NCBI RefSeq assembly: GCF_006345805.1
Contig: NW_021834385.1
Coordinates: 1-49,586, forward strand
Direction: 5' to 3'
Source: Octopus sinensis
Lineage: Eukaryota
Length of the DNA: 49,586 bases
Part shown: in pieces, positions 11,492 through 24,791 of the stretch
Layout of the letters: the number at the start of each line of letters is the position of its first letter
Numbering within the stretch: position 1 is the first letter of the stretch
Made by a program: the position numbers and the translations under genes
Notes under the pieces: generated by a model
What the model saw: the letters and a program-made list of their open reading frames with translations, nothing else
Databases searched by the model: none
What the model was told of the DNA's origin: nothing

Positions 11492-12181
11492 GCACGATAG
11501 AGCTGCACAATATATTCACTGGGTAATCTGTAAAAACCTGGATTTGCCCCATGAAAAAAACTGGTGGGAACACAAACCACTCCCAGTGCTTGAAAATGAC
11601 CACATCTCACTCCTCTGGAACTTCACCATTCAAACTGACAGAAAGATAGATGCAAATAGGCCAGACATCATATTGAAAGACTTCAAACAAAGAACATGCC
11701 TCCTCATTGATATGACTGTCCCAATTGATATAAACGTATCTGTCAAGACCTACCAAAAACTGAGCAAATATAAAGATCTTGAAATAGAAATCAGCAAAAT
11801 GTGGAAGCTGAAGACTAAAACAATACCTGTTGTCATAGGTGCCCTGGGAATGATAGCAAAAGGGGCTGATAGCTACCTAACTCAGATACCAGGAAACCCA
11901 AAAATGGCAGAAGTTCAAAAGATAGTGCTCATGGGAACTGCTCATATCCTACGCAAAATACTCTCTATGTAACCTCAAGGTTTAAAACAACCATAATTTT
12001 CGGTTTAAAAAAAAAAAAAAAAACTTTTTTTTAGACATTCATTAGTACAACACCCCCACCCCCCAAATATATGGCACACTAGGCATAACAACAGCATGAA
12101 CTTCCAACCCTGTTGTCTCTTGAGGTCTCTGGGTGAGACTTGGAGCCAACTTGTACAAATATAAAGCAAAAGTCAAACATA

Positions 12182-12182
<1 letters not shown>
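11491..12182 (+). mobile_element. 5'-truncated R4/Dong-like element, copy 2 (tandem twin of copy 1)
   Basis: Identical 142-aa ORF (11544-11972) and identical 5' junction AAT|GGCACGATAG. It differs from copy 1 by a 1-bp indel, A-run length and one 3' UTR substitution. Confidence 0.88.
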
Positions 12183-12251
<69 letters not shown>

Positions 12252-12252
<1 letters not shown>

Positions 12253-12797
12253 TGCCCTGATGCAGTACCAGACAGTGGCTCTCATGGCTTCTGATCTTAA
12301 CTAACTGGAAGTGTTATCATGTGCATTGTTTTGTCTTGGTATAAAAGATGGGCTACAGCAAATATTCTGCTCAATATTATAGATTTGCTTGTCAGTTGTT
12401 TGACCTTAACCAGTTGAGCATGTCCCTTAGTGGCTGACAATATGTGCATATCTGATCATGATCAGAAGTAGTGGGGGAGCATCACAGTCGTGTGTCGAAA
12501 GGAATTCTTGGAGATTTGGATAATTCACCTTTGGAAACATGGGTGGTTCGTTCAACATCCTTAAACAATCCTTATTCAGGGACCTTTTGAGTGGGATGGG
12601 CTACTCAACCTGAAGAAAATTCTAACTAGCAAGGTCATGTGCTGTTTATCTTGATATGAGATCACGATGTCGCGCACATATGGTTATGATGCATGTGACT
12701 GGTGTACCCTTATCAGACAGGTAGTCATGATGGGTATACTGGGCTTCGCATATTTTACCCCAGTGTCACTTTGATGGCATGCGCTGCTCTCTCACTC
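12252..12797 (+). mobile_element. ~545-bp non-coding interspersed element embedded in (AAT)n, copy A
   Basis: ATGCCCTGATGCAGTACC...CTCTCACTC, homologous to 16637-17190 and to 37921-38500 on the minus strand. No ORF and no obvious A/B boxes. Confidence 0.8.
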
Positions 12798-12821
12798 AAT
12801 AATAATAACAATAATAATAAC

Positions 12822-12861
<40 letters not shown>

Positions 12862-12979
12862 GCGACCAATAATCAGATGCTGTTATACACCTCTGGTCAC
12901 AATGCGCTTCCAATTCTGTTTTGATTCCATCATTCTTTTCGAACTTTATCCACGTTGCTTCACTAAATCGTCTTCCCAT

Positions 12980-13545
12980 TGTCATGGTAAAATAGTACAT
13001 TGGTATTTGAGCTGTGTATCTCGATTCAAAGAAGGAAAAGAATTGGTATGACCACGAGCCAGAGGCTGAAGACAGAGAATAATAATTAGAGTTTTATGGG
13101 ATTGACCCATAACGACTGACCATACTTTTGAAGCAAAGACGACCAGACATGATTGCAGAGGACATGACTGAAGCGGACAGAAAAGAAAAAAGAAAGGAAA
13201 AAGAAAGAGCGAGACACGATTGTCGAGGACGGAAAGAAAAACCAGAAAAAAAACATCAACAGCAAAAACTGTAAGATCATTAACTTTGAAATAGCGTCTG
13301 ATAACAGAGTGGATGGCAGAGAGATCAGGAATAAAAAAATATCCGGACGAAGCTAGAGAGATGAAGAAATAATGGAAGAGTAAGATGACAATTATTTCTG
13401 TGGTAATTGGTACACTTGGCACCAACACCTGAGAGACTGAAAGAGATTGGAATTAAGACTCGCTTTGTGGAACTGTCGGAATGTGTGCCATTCTGTGTTT
13501 TTTTGTAAGAATCCTAAGAAAGATTCTTGAGACATGAGGAGTGCT
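12980..13545 (+). mobile_element. Old degraded RLE-type non-LTR fragment (different subfamily)
   Basis: Broken translation IVHWYL...WYDHEPE...KRPDMI...CKIINFEI...VVIGTLG...RILRKILET, with stops and frameshifts. Confidence 0.6.
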
Positions 13546-13596
13546 CCATTGCTACTTATTTCATCGACCCTGAAAGGATGAAAGATAAAGTCGACG

Positions 13597-13648
<52 letters not shown>

Positions 13649-13695
13649 CAATAATAACAATCATCATCATCATCATCATCATCATCATAATAAAG

Positions 13696-13747
<52 letters not shown>

Positions 13748-13776
13748 TAATAATAATAATTATAATAACAATAATA

Positions 13777-14623
13777 AGCAGCACAATATATTCCCTGGGT
13801 AATTTGCAAAAACCTGGACCTGCCCCATGATAAAAACTGGTGGGAACACACAATTCCCGTGCTTGAAAATGACCACAACTCACTCCTCAGGAACTTCACC
13901 GATCAAACTGACAGAAAGATAGATGCGAATAGGCCAGACATTACATTGAAAGACTTCAGACAAAAATCATGCCTCCTCATTGATATGACTGTCCCAATCG
14001 ACATAAATGTATCTGTCAAGACCTACCAAAAACTGAACAAGTATAAAGATCTTGAAATAGAAATTTGCAAAATGTGGAACCTCAAGACTAAAACAATAAC
14101 TCTTGTGATAGGTGTCCTAGGAATGATAGCAAAAGGGGCTGATTGCTGCCTAGCTCAGATGCCAGGAAATTTTAAAATGGAAGAAATTAAAAAATAGAGC
14201 TCCAGCGAACTGTTCATATCCTACGAAAATATTGTCTTTGTAATTCCGAAAACATTTTAATCTGTAAACATTATCAAAACCAGGACTGCCATGTTATGTG
14301 TGCAAACAAGCTTTACTACAAAGTACTTTTGCTGAATATCTCTCGTTGTGAGATTTAAAATTAGTGATTATCAGAAGTACTTTTAAATTCACATAAAAGC
14401 AAACACCTTTTACTGTCATGTTAAGATCACTCTATCGTCTTATAATCAAATTTCTTTTAAAACAAACTTAATTTTCTTATGCTTTGACAGACATTCTCTG
14501 CAACAATACTCTGTGTGGCATTCTAGTCATAATACCGTCTTGAACTTCACACTTATTGTTTCTTGAGTTCTTTGGGTGAGACTTGGAGTCAACTTGTACC
14601 GACACAAAGCAAAGCCAAACATA
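13777..14623 (+). mobile_element. 5'-truncated R4/Dong-like element, copy 3 (diverged subfamily, longer 3' UTR)
   Basis: ORF 13859-14197 is homologous to copies 1/2 with substitutions and a premature stop. The terminal ~80 nt is conserved and the copy is flanked by (AAT)n. Confidence 0.85.
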
Positions 14624-14642
14624 TAATAATATAATAATAATA

Positions 14643-14738
<96 letters not shown>

Positions 14739-14750
14739 TATAATAATAAA

Positions 14751-16401
14751 GGCTACCTTTATCAAAGGAAAAATGACAGAAACATCTAACGTTAACCTTG
14801 ACCAACAGAATGTCATAAAAGAACTAGACCCAGCGGAGAGCTACAAGTACCTAGGGGTAATTGAAGGGAACGGAATAAGGCATTTAGAGATGAAGGAAAG
14901 GATCAGGAGAGAATGCTATCGAAGAGTGAGAGCAATACTCAAGACAGAGCTGAATGCAAGAAACAGGATCGAAGCAATCAATGCATTAGCTATACCAGTC
15001 GTGACTTACAGTTTCAATATTGTTAACTGGTCAATTACTGAAATATGTCAGCTCGACAGAAAAATAAGGAAACTGTTGACAATGCATAGAATGCACCACC
15101 CTAAGGCAGATACAGAACGACTCTATCTGCCAAGAAAAGAGGGAGGCCGTGGTCTTTTGCAACTGGCAATAACAATGAAGATTGCTACAATTGGCCTAGA
15201 CACCTACCTGAAAAACTCTGAGGACTGGATGTTAAAACTTGTCTCAAAACATGAAAACAAGAAAGCATCATACTCAGTCACAAAACAGGCAAAGGAATAT
15301 CTAAGTGAATTCCGAATACAACCAATTTCGGAATTAGAGATAGACATACAAGAACAAGCACAGAAAAAGCTAGGCGCATGAAAACCCGTGCCAAAACTGC
15401 GGCCTTAGATATTCTGAATAATAAATGGCAAGAAAAACCTCTCTACGGTAAATACCCAAAGAGAGCGAATAATGCAGATATCGACAAAGCCCTGACCCAT
15501 CAATGGCTAATGGCCTCTGGCTTAAAATCTGAAACAGAGGGGTTTATCATAGCAGCTCAAGATCAATGCCTACCAACAAGAAACTACCAGGCCAACATAT
15601 TAAAGATCAGAAGCAGTCCAACGTGTCGTGTATGCAAGCAACAAAATGAAACCATTGACCATGTGGTCTCCAAGTGCAGTCTTCTAGCGCCTACAGAGTA
15701 TCTCAACAGGCACGATAGAGCTGCACAATATATTCACGGGTAATCTGTAAAAACCTGGATTTGCCCCATGAAAAAAACTGGTGGGAACACAAACCACCCC
15801 CAGTGCTTGAAAATGACCACATCTCACTCCTCTGGAACTTCACCATTCAAACTGACAGAAAGATAGATGCAAATAGGCCAGACATCATATTGAAAGACTT
15901 CAAACAAAGAACATGCCTCCTCATTGATATGACTGTCCCAATCGATATAAACGTATCTGTCAAGACCTACCAAAAACTGAGCAAATATAAAGATCTTGAA
16001 ATAGAAATCAGCAAAATGTGGAAGCTGAAGACTAAAACAATACCTGTTGTCATAGGTGCCCTGGGAATGATAGCAAAAGGGGCTGATAGCTACCTAACTC
16101 AGATACCAGGAAACCCAAAAATGGCAGAAGTTCAAAAGATAGTGCTCATGGGAACTGCTCATATCCTACGCAAAATACTCTCTATGTAACCTCAAGGTTT
16201 AAAACAACCATAATTTTCGGTTAAAAAAAAAAAAAAAAAAACAACTTGTTTTTTTAGACATTCATTAGTACAACACCCCCACCCCCCAATATATGGCACA
16301 CTAGGCATAACAACAACATGAACTTCAACCCTGTTGTCTCTTGAGGTCTCTGGGTGAGACTTGGAGCCAACTTGTACAAATATAAAGCAAAAGTAACATA
16401 G
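14751..16401 (+). mobile_element. Longest R4/Dong-like copy 4: RT C-terminus/thumb, CCHC knuckle, RLE and 3' UTR
   Basis: YKYLG, RLYLPRKEGGRGL, CRVCKQQNETIDHVVSKC, RHD and RPDI motifs across ORFs 14773-15381, 15378-15743 and 15761-16189. Two single-base deletions (~15345, ~15737) separate them. Flanked by (AAT)n. Confidence 0.92.
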
Positions 16402-16411
16402 AATAATAATA

Positions 16412-16441
<30 letters not shown>

Positions 16442-16442
<1 letters not shown>

Positions 16443-16550
16443 TGTACATTGTTTTGTTTTAGTATAAAAGATGAGGTACAGCAAATATTCTGTTCAATAC
16501 CACAGATTTGCTTGTCAGTTGTTTGACTTTAACCATTTGAGCATGTCCCT
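16442..16550 (+). mobile_element. Internal fragment of the ~545-bp element
   Basis: TGTACATTGTTTTG...GAGCATGTCCCT matches the element's 5' third and is flanked by AAT repeats. Confidence 0.75.
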
Positions 16551-16558
16551 TAATAATA

Positions 16559-16636
<78 letters not shown>

Positions 16637-16637
<1 letters not shown>

Positions 16638-17190
16638 TGCCCTGATGCAGTACCAGACAGTGGCTCTCATGGCTTCTGATCTTAACTGATTGAAAGTGTT
16701 ATCATGTACATTGTTTTGTCTTGGTATAAAAGATGGGCTACAGAAAATATTCTGCTCAATACCACAGATTTGCTTGTCAGTTGTTTGACCTTAACCAGTT
16801 GAGCATGTCCCTTAGTGGCTGACGATATGTGCATCTCTGATCACGAGCAGAAGTAGTGGGGGAGCATCATAGCCATGTGTTGAGAAGGATTCTTTGGGGT
16901 TTGAATAATTCACCTCTGGAAACATGGGTGTTTCGTTCAACGTCCTTAACAACCCTTATTCAGGGACCTTTTGAGCGGGATGGGTACTCGATCTGAAGAA
17001 AATTCTAACTGGGCTCCACCTGCAAGGTCATGTGCTGTTTATCTTGATATGAGATCACCATGTCGCGCACATATGGTTGTGATGCATGTGCCTGGTGTAC
17101 CCTTATCAGGCGGGTAGTCATGATGGGTATACTGGGCTTCGTATATTTTACCCCAGTGTCACTTTGATGGCATGCTCTGCTCGCTCACTC
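16637..17190 (+). mobile_element. ~545-bp non-coding element, copy B
   Basis: Same 5' and 3' ends as copy A, roughly 90% identical by eye, with (AAT)n on both sides. Confidence 0.8.
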
Positions 17191-17256
<66 letters not shown>

Positions 17257-17347
17257 TTGCCCTAGGAGTCGGGAAGACACTCGGCAAGAAATGGAAGCAA
17301 ATTTGAAAGAAGAAAAAAAATAATAATAATAGTTATAATAATAATAA

Positions 17348-17912
17348 TCCTTTCTACTATAGTCACAAGGTTTAAAATTTGAGAGGAGGGGACATGTTGA
17401 TTAAATCACTGGTACTTAATTTATCGACCCCAAAAGGATGAAAGGCTAAGACGACCTCGGGGGAATTTGAACTCAGAACGTGGCAGCAGACAAAATACTT
17501 ATTTCTTTACTGCCCACAAGGGGCTACACACAGAGGGGACAAACAACGACAGACAAACGGATTAAGTCGATTATATCGATCCCAGTGCGTAACTGGTACT
17601 TATTTAATCGACCCCGAAAGGATGAAAGGCAAAGTCGACTTCGGCGGAATTTGAACCCAGAACGTGGCGGCAGACAAAATACCTATTTCTTTACTACCCA
17701 CAAGGAGCTAAACACAGAGGGGACAAACAAGGACAGACAAACGGATTAAGTCGATTACATCGACCCCAGTGCGTAACTGGTACTTATTTAATTGACCCCG
17801 AAATGATGAAAGGCAAAGTCGACCTCGGAATTTGAACTCAGAACGTAGCGGCAGGCAAAATACCACTAAGCATTCGCTCAACGTGCAAACGGTTCTACCT
17901 TGCTCGCCGCCT
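17348..17912 (-). mobile_element. Head-to-tail trimer of SINE family 1
   Basis: One full head, then two units lacking the first ~45 nt, with junctions at ~17682 and ~17498. The last unit has tail B plus (ATT)n. Confidence 0.85.
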
Positions 17913-17999
17913 AATAATAATAAAAGTGTCACCTTAGTCTACTGGCTGTGGACAGCTGATACTTTCCATGATATTCAGCAAAATGGGCTGTGAGTTTCC

Positions 18000-18067
<68 letters not shown>

Positions 18068-18087
18068 TTAAAAATAATAATAATAGC

Positions 18088-18288
18088 GGTTTCGAGTTGT
18101 GGCACAAGGCCAGCATTTCGGGGTCCATCATTACTTACTTTATCGACCCCGAAAGGATGAAAAGCAAAGTAAACCTCGGCAGAATTTGAATTCAGAATGT
18201 AAAATATATATATATATATATAAACAAAAAAATAAAATGCCGGCGAGCATTTTCCCCGGTATTCTAACGATTCTGCCAGCTCGTTGCC
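18088..18288 (-). mobile_element. SINE family 1 (tail B variant) with internal (TA)n
   Basis: Head and central domain as above, with tail GGCCTTGTGCC...GAAACC. Confidence 0.7.
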
Positions 18289-18905
18289 ATAACAACAACA
18301 ATAATAATGAGGATGGTGATAATAAACTTTCTTGTAATAATAATATCGTGTATGTATGGGCGTGTGGAGTGATCCGGTATTCATTTGCGAACGTCTTACA
18401 AAATCGCATACAAAAAACTATACAACTACATATAAACACTCAAAAATCTATAAATACATCAACACACACACACACATATACTGGGACACACACACTCACG
18501 CACACACACACACACACGCACGTACACATATATTCTTATATAGACACATTACATTTCAACACAGATAAACGGTCAAGAAGTGTAAGAAATATAACGGACT
18601 GATTTGAAGTGGTGCTTTGTGCTCGGCTGGAATCATGGAGTAATATCAAGGGCGATATTTACCGTTTATAAACAGAAAAAAAAAACATTGTTTACGATGT
18701 TTTTTTCTAGAATCATCCAAGTTAAATAAGTGCAGTTTCAGTAAAAAGTAACATTTAGGAAAAAACAAACAAACAAACAAACAAAAAAGTAACATTTAGA
18801 GAAAAAAAAAAGACAAAACTTCTTTTGTCCTTTTTTTAAAGGTTTATTTTCGATAATTTGAAATTAGAAATCACTCCTACGTTTGTCACTTAATACTGTC
18901 TTTAT

Positions 18906-19033
18906 GTTCTGAGTTCAAATTCTGCCGAGGTCGACTTTGCCCTTGATCCTTTCGGGGTCGATAAATGAAGTACCAGTTGCGTACTGCAGTCGATCTAATC
19001 GACTGGCTCCCTCCTCCGAAATTTCGGGCCTTT
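18906..19033 (+). mobile_element. SINE family 1 fragment (tail B)
   Basis: GTTCTGAGTTCAAATTCTGCCGAGGTCGAC...GAAATTTCGGGCC. Confidence 0.75.
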
Positions 19034-19157
19034 GTTTTTTTCACAATCGGTAGAGAATTCTGATTTTTTATATTAATGTTTCTTTTTCTCCAAATGATGT
19101 CCCAAACCGAATGGCTGCCAATTTTATTGTTGTTTCTGTTTGTATGAAATTATCATT

Positions 19158-19324
19158 GGCATTTCGTCTGCTTTACATTCTGAGTTCGAATGCCACCAAA
19201 GTCAACTTTGCTTTTCATCCCATTCGGGGTCGATATTATAAGCCCCAGTTGAGCACTGGGATCGATGTAATCGATTTATCTCTTCCCCCCGAAATTGCAG
19301 GCCTTGTGCCAAAATGTGAAACCA
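19158..19324 (+). mobile_element. SINE family 1 fragment (tail B)
   Basis: Diverged central domain followed by GAAATTGCAGGCCTTGTGCCAAAATGTGAAACC. Confidence 0.7.
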
Positions 19325-19584
19325 ATGATAATGTTGGTAATAGTGGTGGTGGTGGTGGTGGTGGTAGTGGTGACATTGTTATTTAATGCAAGGATATTAT
19401 CACTGTGACCATACCATGAATTTGTGTGGACATCCAAGTGCATCTTGGACTACATTATCCAAAGTGTTGCTTATTTTATTTAACGATGTAGGGGTTCGAT
19501 TTGAGGGAGATTATGTTATTTCTAACAGGTAAAGCGAATCCCTTGAGGTTCCCCAGTAGACTCGTAGTGGTGTGATTGTGGCGA

Positions 19585-19960
19585 TAGATGATGATGATGA
19601 TGATGGTATCTGTGATGATGATGATGATGATGATGATGAAAAGGATGTGGATGGTGGTGAGGATGATGGCAACGGTGATGAAAATGATGATAATGATGAT
19701 GATGGTGGTCGTGGTGAAGATGTTGGGAGTGATGATGACGGTGATGATAATAATGATGATGATGATGATAATGAATATGATGGCGATGGTGATGATGATG
19801 ATGTTGAGGATGAGGATGGTGGTGGAAATGATGGAAGTGATGCTGCTGCTGCTGATGATGATGATAGCGATTGTAATGATGTCGGGGATGATGGGGATGA
19901 TGATGATTGTGATGGTGGCAGTGGTGGTGGAGGTTATGATGATGATGATGATGATGACAA
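19585..19960. repeat. Decayed (GAT/GGT)n microsatellite
   Basis: Visible triplet tract that produces the poly-Asp and poly-Met ORFs in the track. Confidence 0.85.
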
Positions 19961-20039
19961 TAGTGATTGTTTAAATCCTGTTACAACTAAAGCCTTCTGC
20001 ATTGATGTCTGTCTGTGTGTCTGTCTGTGTTCATTCCTT

Positions 20040-21480
<1,441 letters not shown>

Positions 21481-21563
21481 CTCTCTGTTCCCCTCTCTTC
21501 CTGTCTCCCCCCCTCTCGTTTTCCTCCCACCAACCGCCTACTTTAACCACAGTTTCCATTCTG

Positions 21564-21600
21564 CTCTAATTCACATTTCTCTTGTACATATTTCAACAGG
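21564..21600 (+). other. Candidate 3' splice acceptor with branch point
   Basis: CTAAT at 21566-21570, then a pyrimidine tract and TTTCAACAG|G (AG 21598-21599). It sits where dinucleotide microsatellites stop and triplet/CpG-rich sequence begins. Confidence 0.5.
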
Positions 21601-22284
21601 AATCTATCGACCCGGCACAGAAAAGCTAATCGACCCGGCATCACCGACCGCTCTTTGTACGGTTACACTTTGGACGCCATATTGTTTCAACTGCCGAACA
21701 ACCACGCAACGACCGTCGGCTCTTTACCAATCTCACCACTCCGCTCAACGTCCACCACCACAACCACCACCACTGCAACAACAACAATATCACCAGTTAA
21801 ACCTACCTACAACAAAATAAAGAAAAAGGAAGGTAAAAAAAACGGTGGTAGTTGCCACAAGAACAACAAAACCAATTATTCGAGGAAGGACGGAATATAT
21901 TACGTAAAACAACTCTCCTTTCATAACAAAAGGATTATAACAAACCCCTGGACAATAACAATAACAACAACCTTATTCAGATTGAAAGAAAGAAAGAAAG
22001 TCAACAATATAAGCGTCAAAGGTTTTCGCTAACAAAAAAAAAATAAAGAAGAAAATTAAAAAAACAAAACAGTGGTATAATCAAATAATGAATAAATAAA
22101 TAAATAACAGTGTAGTGTTTGCTAAAATATAGAACAATAACGACAACAACAACAACAATAATAATATTATAAGCAGCGCCACCCCATTCAGGAAACTTAA
22201 ACAAACGAAAATGTATCGTCTGTTTCCGCCATGATGTTTGTACTCGCTGATTCCTAAAAGTCCAACTAACGACTAACAACAACA

Positions 22285-22334
<50 letters not shown>

Positions 22335-22698
22335 AGCTACTGCTGCTGCTGCTGCTGCTGTTGTGGGGTGAAGGTCGTACCTGTTGAAAAACCAGATAAA
22401 GAAAGACCTCGTGCACCAGGAAGCGGAAGAACAACAGCAGCAATAACAACAACAAATGCTAGCAATATTGAACTGTAATAACAACAACAATAACAAAAGC
22501 AACGTGAGTAGTAGCAACAACAACAACAACAACAACAATATCCGCAGTGACTACTGCTGCAACAACCACGCCACCACTCTCACCTCTGTCACTAGCGCCG
22601 CCTACAGCAACCGAAGAGGACAACAACAACAGCAGCAGCAACATTTAATGGAACGATAAACTGTTGAATATTCTGTCGCCGGAAGTTGACAACTACTT

Positions 22699-22739
<41 letters not shown>

Positions 22740-23170
22740 AGAAACTGTAAGATCATCATCATCTTCACCCTCAGCAGCAGCAGCAGTAGTTGAAACAACC
22801 ACAGCAACAGCAACAGCAGCAGCAGCAGCAGCAGCAGCAAAAACACCAGCAGTTCCGCAAGAATTACATAAATGCTCTGGTTTCGTTCGCAACAAAAACA
22901 ACGACTACAAACGGCGGGCGTTGCGAATATAATAAGAATTACAACAGCAAAAAGCAGGAATTAATATTGCATGGAAAGTGACTTCGCAACAGGTCTAGTT
23001 CTCGCAACACCAGCGTAACCAATCGCAACAACAACAACAACGATAACAACAAGCAGGATGTAATTAGCAACAACGACAAGAACAAAGTTGATAACTGCTA
23101 GAAACGCTTTCTTTTTAGCAAAAACAATAGCGTTCCGCCATTTGACTACTACTACTAGTAGTACTACTGC

Positions 23171-23204
<34 letters not shown>

Positions 23205-23513
23205 ACTGCTGCTACCGCTGCTGCTGCTGCTGCCACTGTTGCTGTTGATGCTGCTGTGATATAAATACAGTCGCAAGAAGCGGAGACAATAAGAGATGAA
23301 ATAATAGAATAACTGTTACTCACAGTGCAACGGCATCGGCGACAACAACAACAACAACAACAATAAAAACGATAGCAGCTATAACTACAACAACAACAAC
23401 GCAAGACTTAAGTTCCTTTATCTCTTTATACCAAACCTAAATTAAGAACTCAGCCACAATAACAGCGCTTAATACTGTTAGTAACAGCTACTACTACTAC
23501 TACAACAACAACA

Positions 23514-23547
<34 letters not shown>

Positions 23548-23801
23548 AGAAACGCAACAATTTGTCTCCGTTTTCTTTTCTGTAATGTCAGCCAGTTTTA
23601 TCAGCTTAACACCGCCACCACCATCTCCGCCGCCTGGACCTCCACCACCACCGACGACAGCGACACCAATAGCATCCCCACCGTCACCCCAACGCAACCG
23701 CGAAAACCAAGAAAATTCGACGCCATGACAAGAAGAAGAAAGCGATTCGCTCATTACGCTCTCAAGTCCGTGTAAGGACTTTTGGTACAACTACCACTAC
23801 C

Positions 23802-23862
<61 letters not shown>

Positions 23863-24021
23863 AACGTATCGTTCTTTTTTTTCCTATCTTATAACTGCTT
23901 CCGGTTTTAGTAGCAAACTTCAGTAGTATCACCTTTGTGTTGTTGTTGTGGTGGTGGTGGTAGTAGTGGTCGTAGTTGTGGTCGTCGGAAGAGTCCGTCT
24001 TATGGACCGGCACAACGGGGT

Positions 24022-24380
24022 ATGGTACTGTTGTGGAGGCGGCGGCTGCAACGACGGAGGCGCTCGAAACAAAACAGCGTAAGAGGCTTGCGGCCGGAAA
24101 CGAGGCGACGGGACGGCCATAGAGGAAAAAGGGACGAAACAGCGACGGAGACACCATCTTGTGTTAACAACTACTCCTCCTCCTGCTCATCCCCCAACTC
24201 TTCTTTTTCTTTTTCCTTCTTTTCCTCTTCTTTATCCTACTTCTTCTCCTCATCATCCTCCGCCTCACCCTCCGGGCTATCCTCGGCTGCCGCGACAGCA
24301 CCACCGGCGACAGAATCATTGCTAACAACAACAGCAGCAGCAGCAGCAGCAGCAGCAACAGCAACAGCAGCAGCAACAGT

Positions 24381-24428
<48 letters not shown>

Positions 24429-24587
24429 AGCAGCCGTAGCAACGCGCCTACGTCCACCGCTGACACAAACGTCCTTTGCGGCATTAACACCTTCATCATC
24501 GCTGTTACAGCCGTTGTCCACCACCGAAACACTAGCAACAACACCAACCACTACACCTCCTGCACTACTACCACCAACACCGGCAGA

Positions 24588-24622
<35 letters not shown>

Positions 24623-24714
24623 ATAGAGAAGCAACAACAAACACTGCCCCAATCATCGCAACAACCACTGCCACCACTACTACAACTAACTGCATAAATT
24701 CTACTGCTTATAAA

Positions 24715-24791
<77 letters not shown>

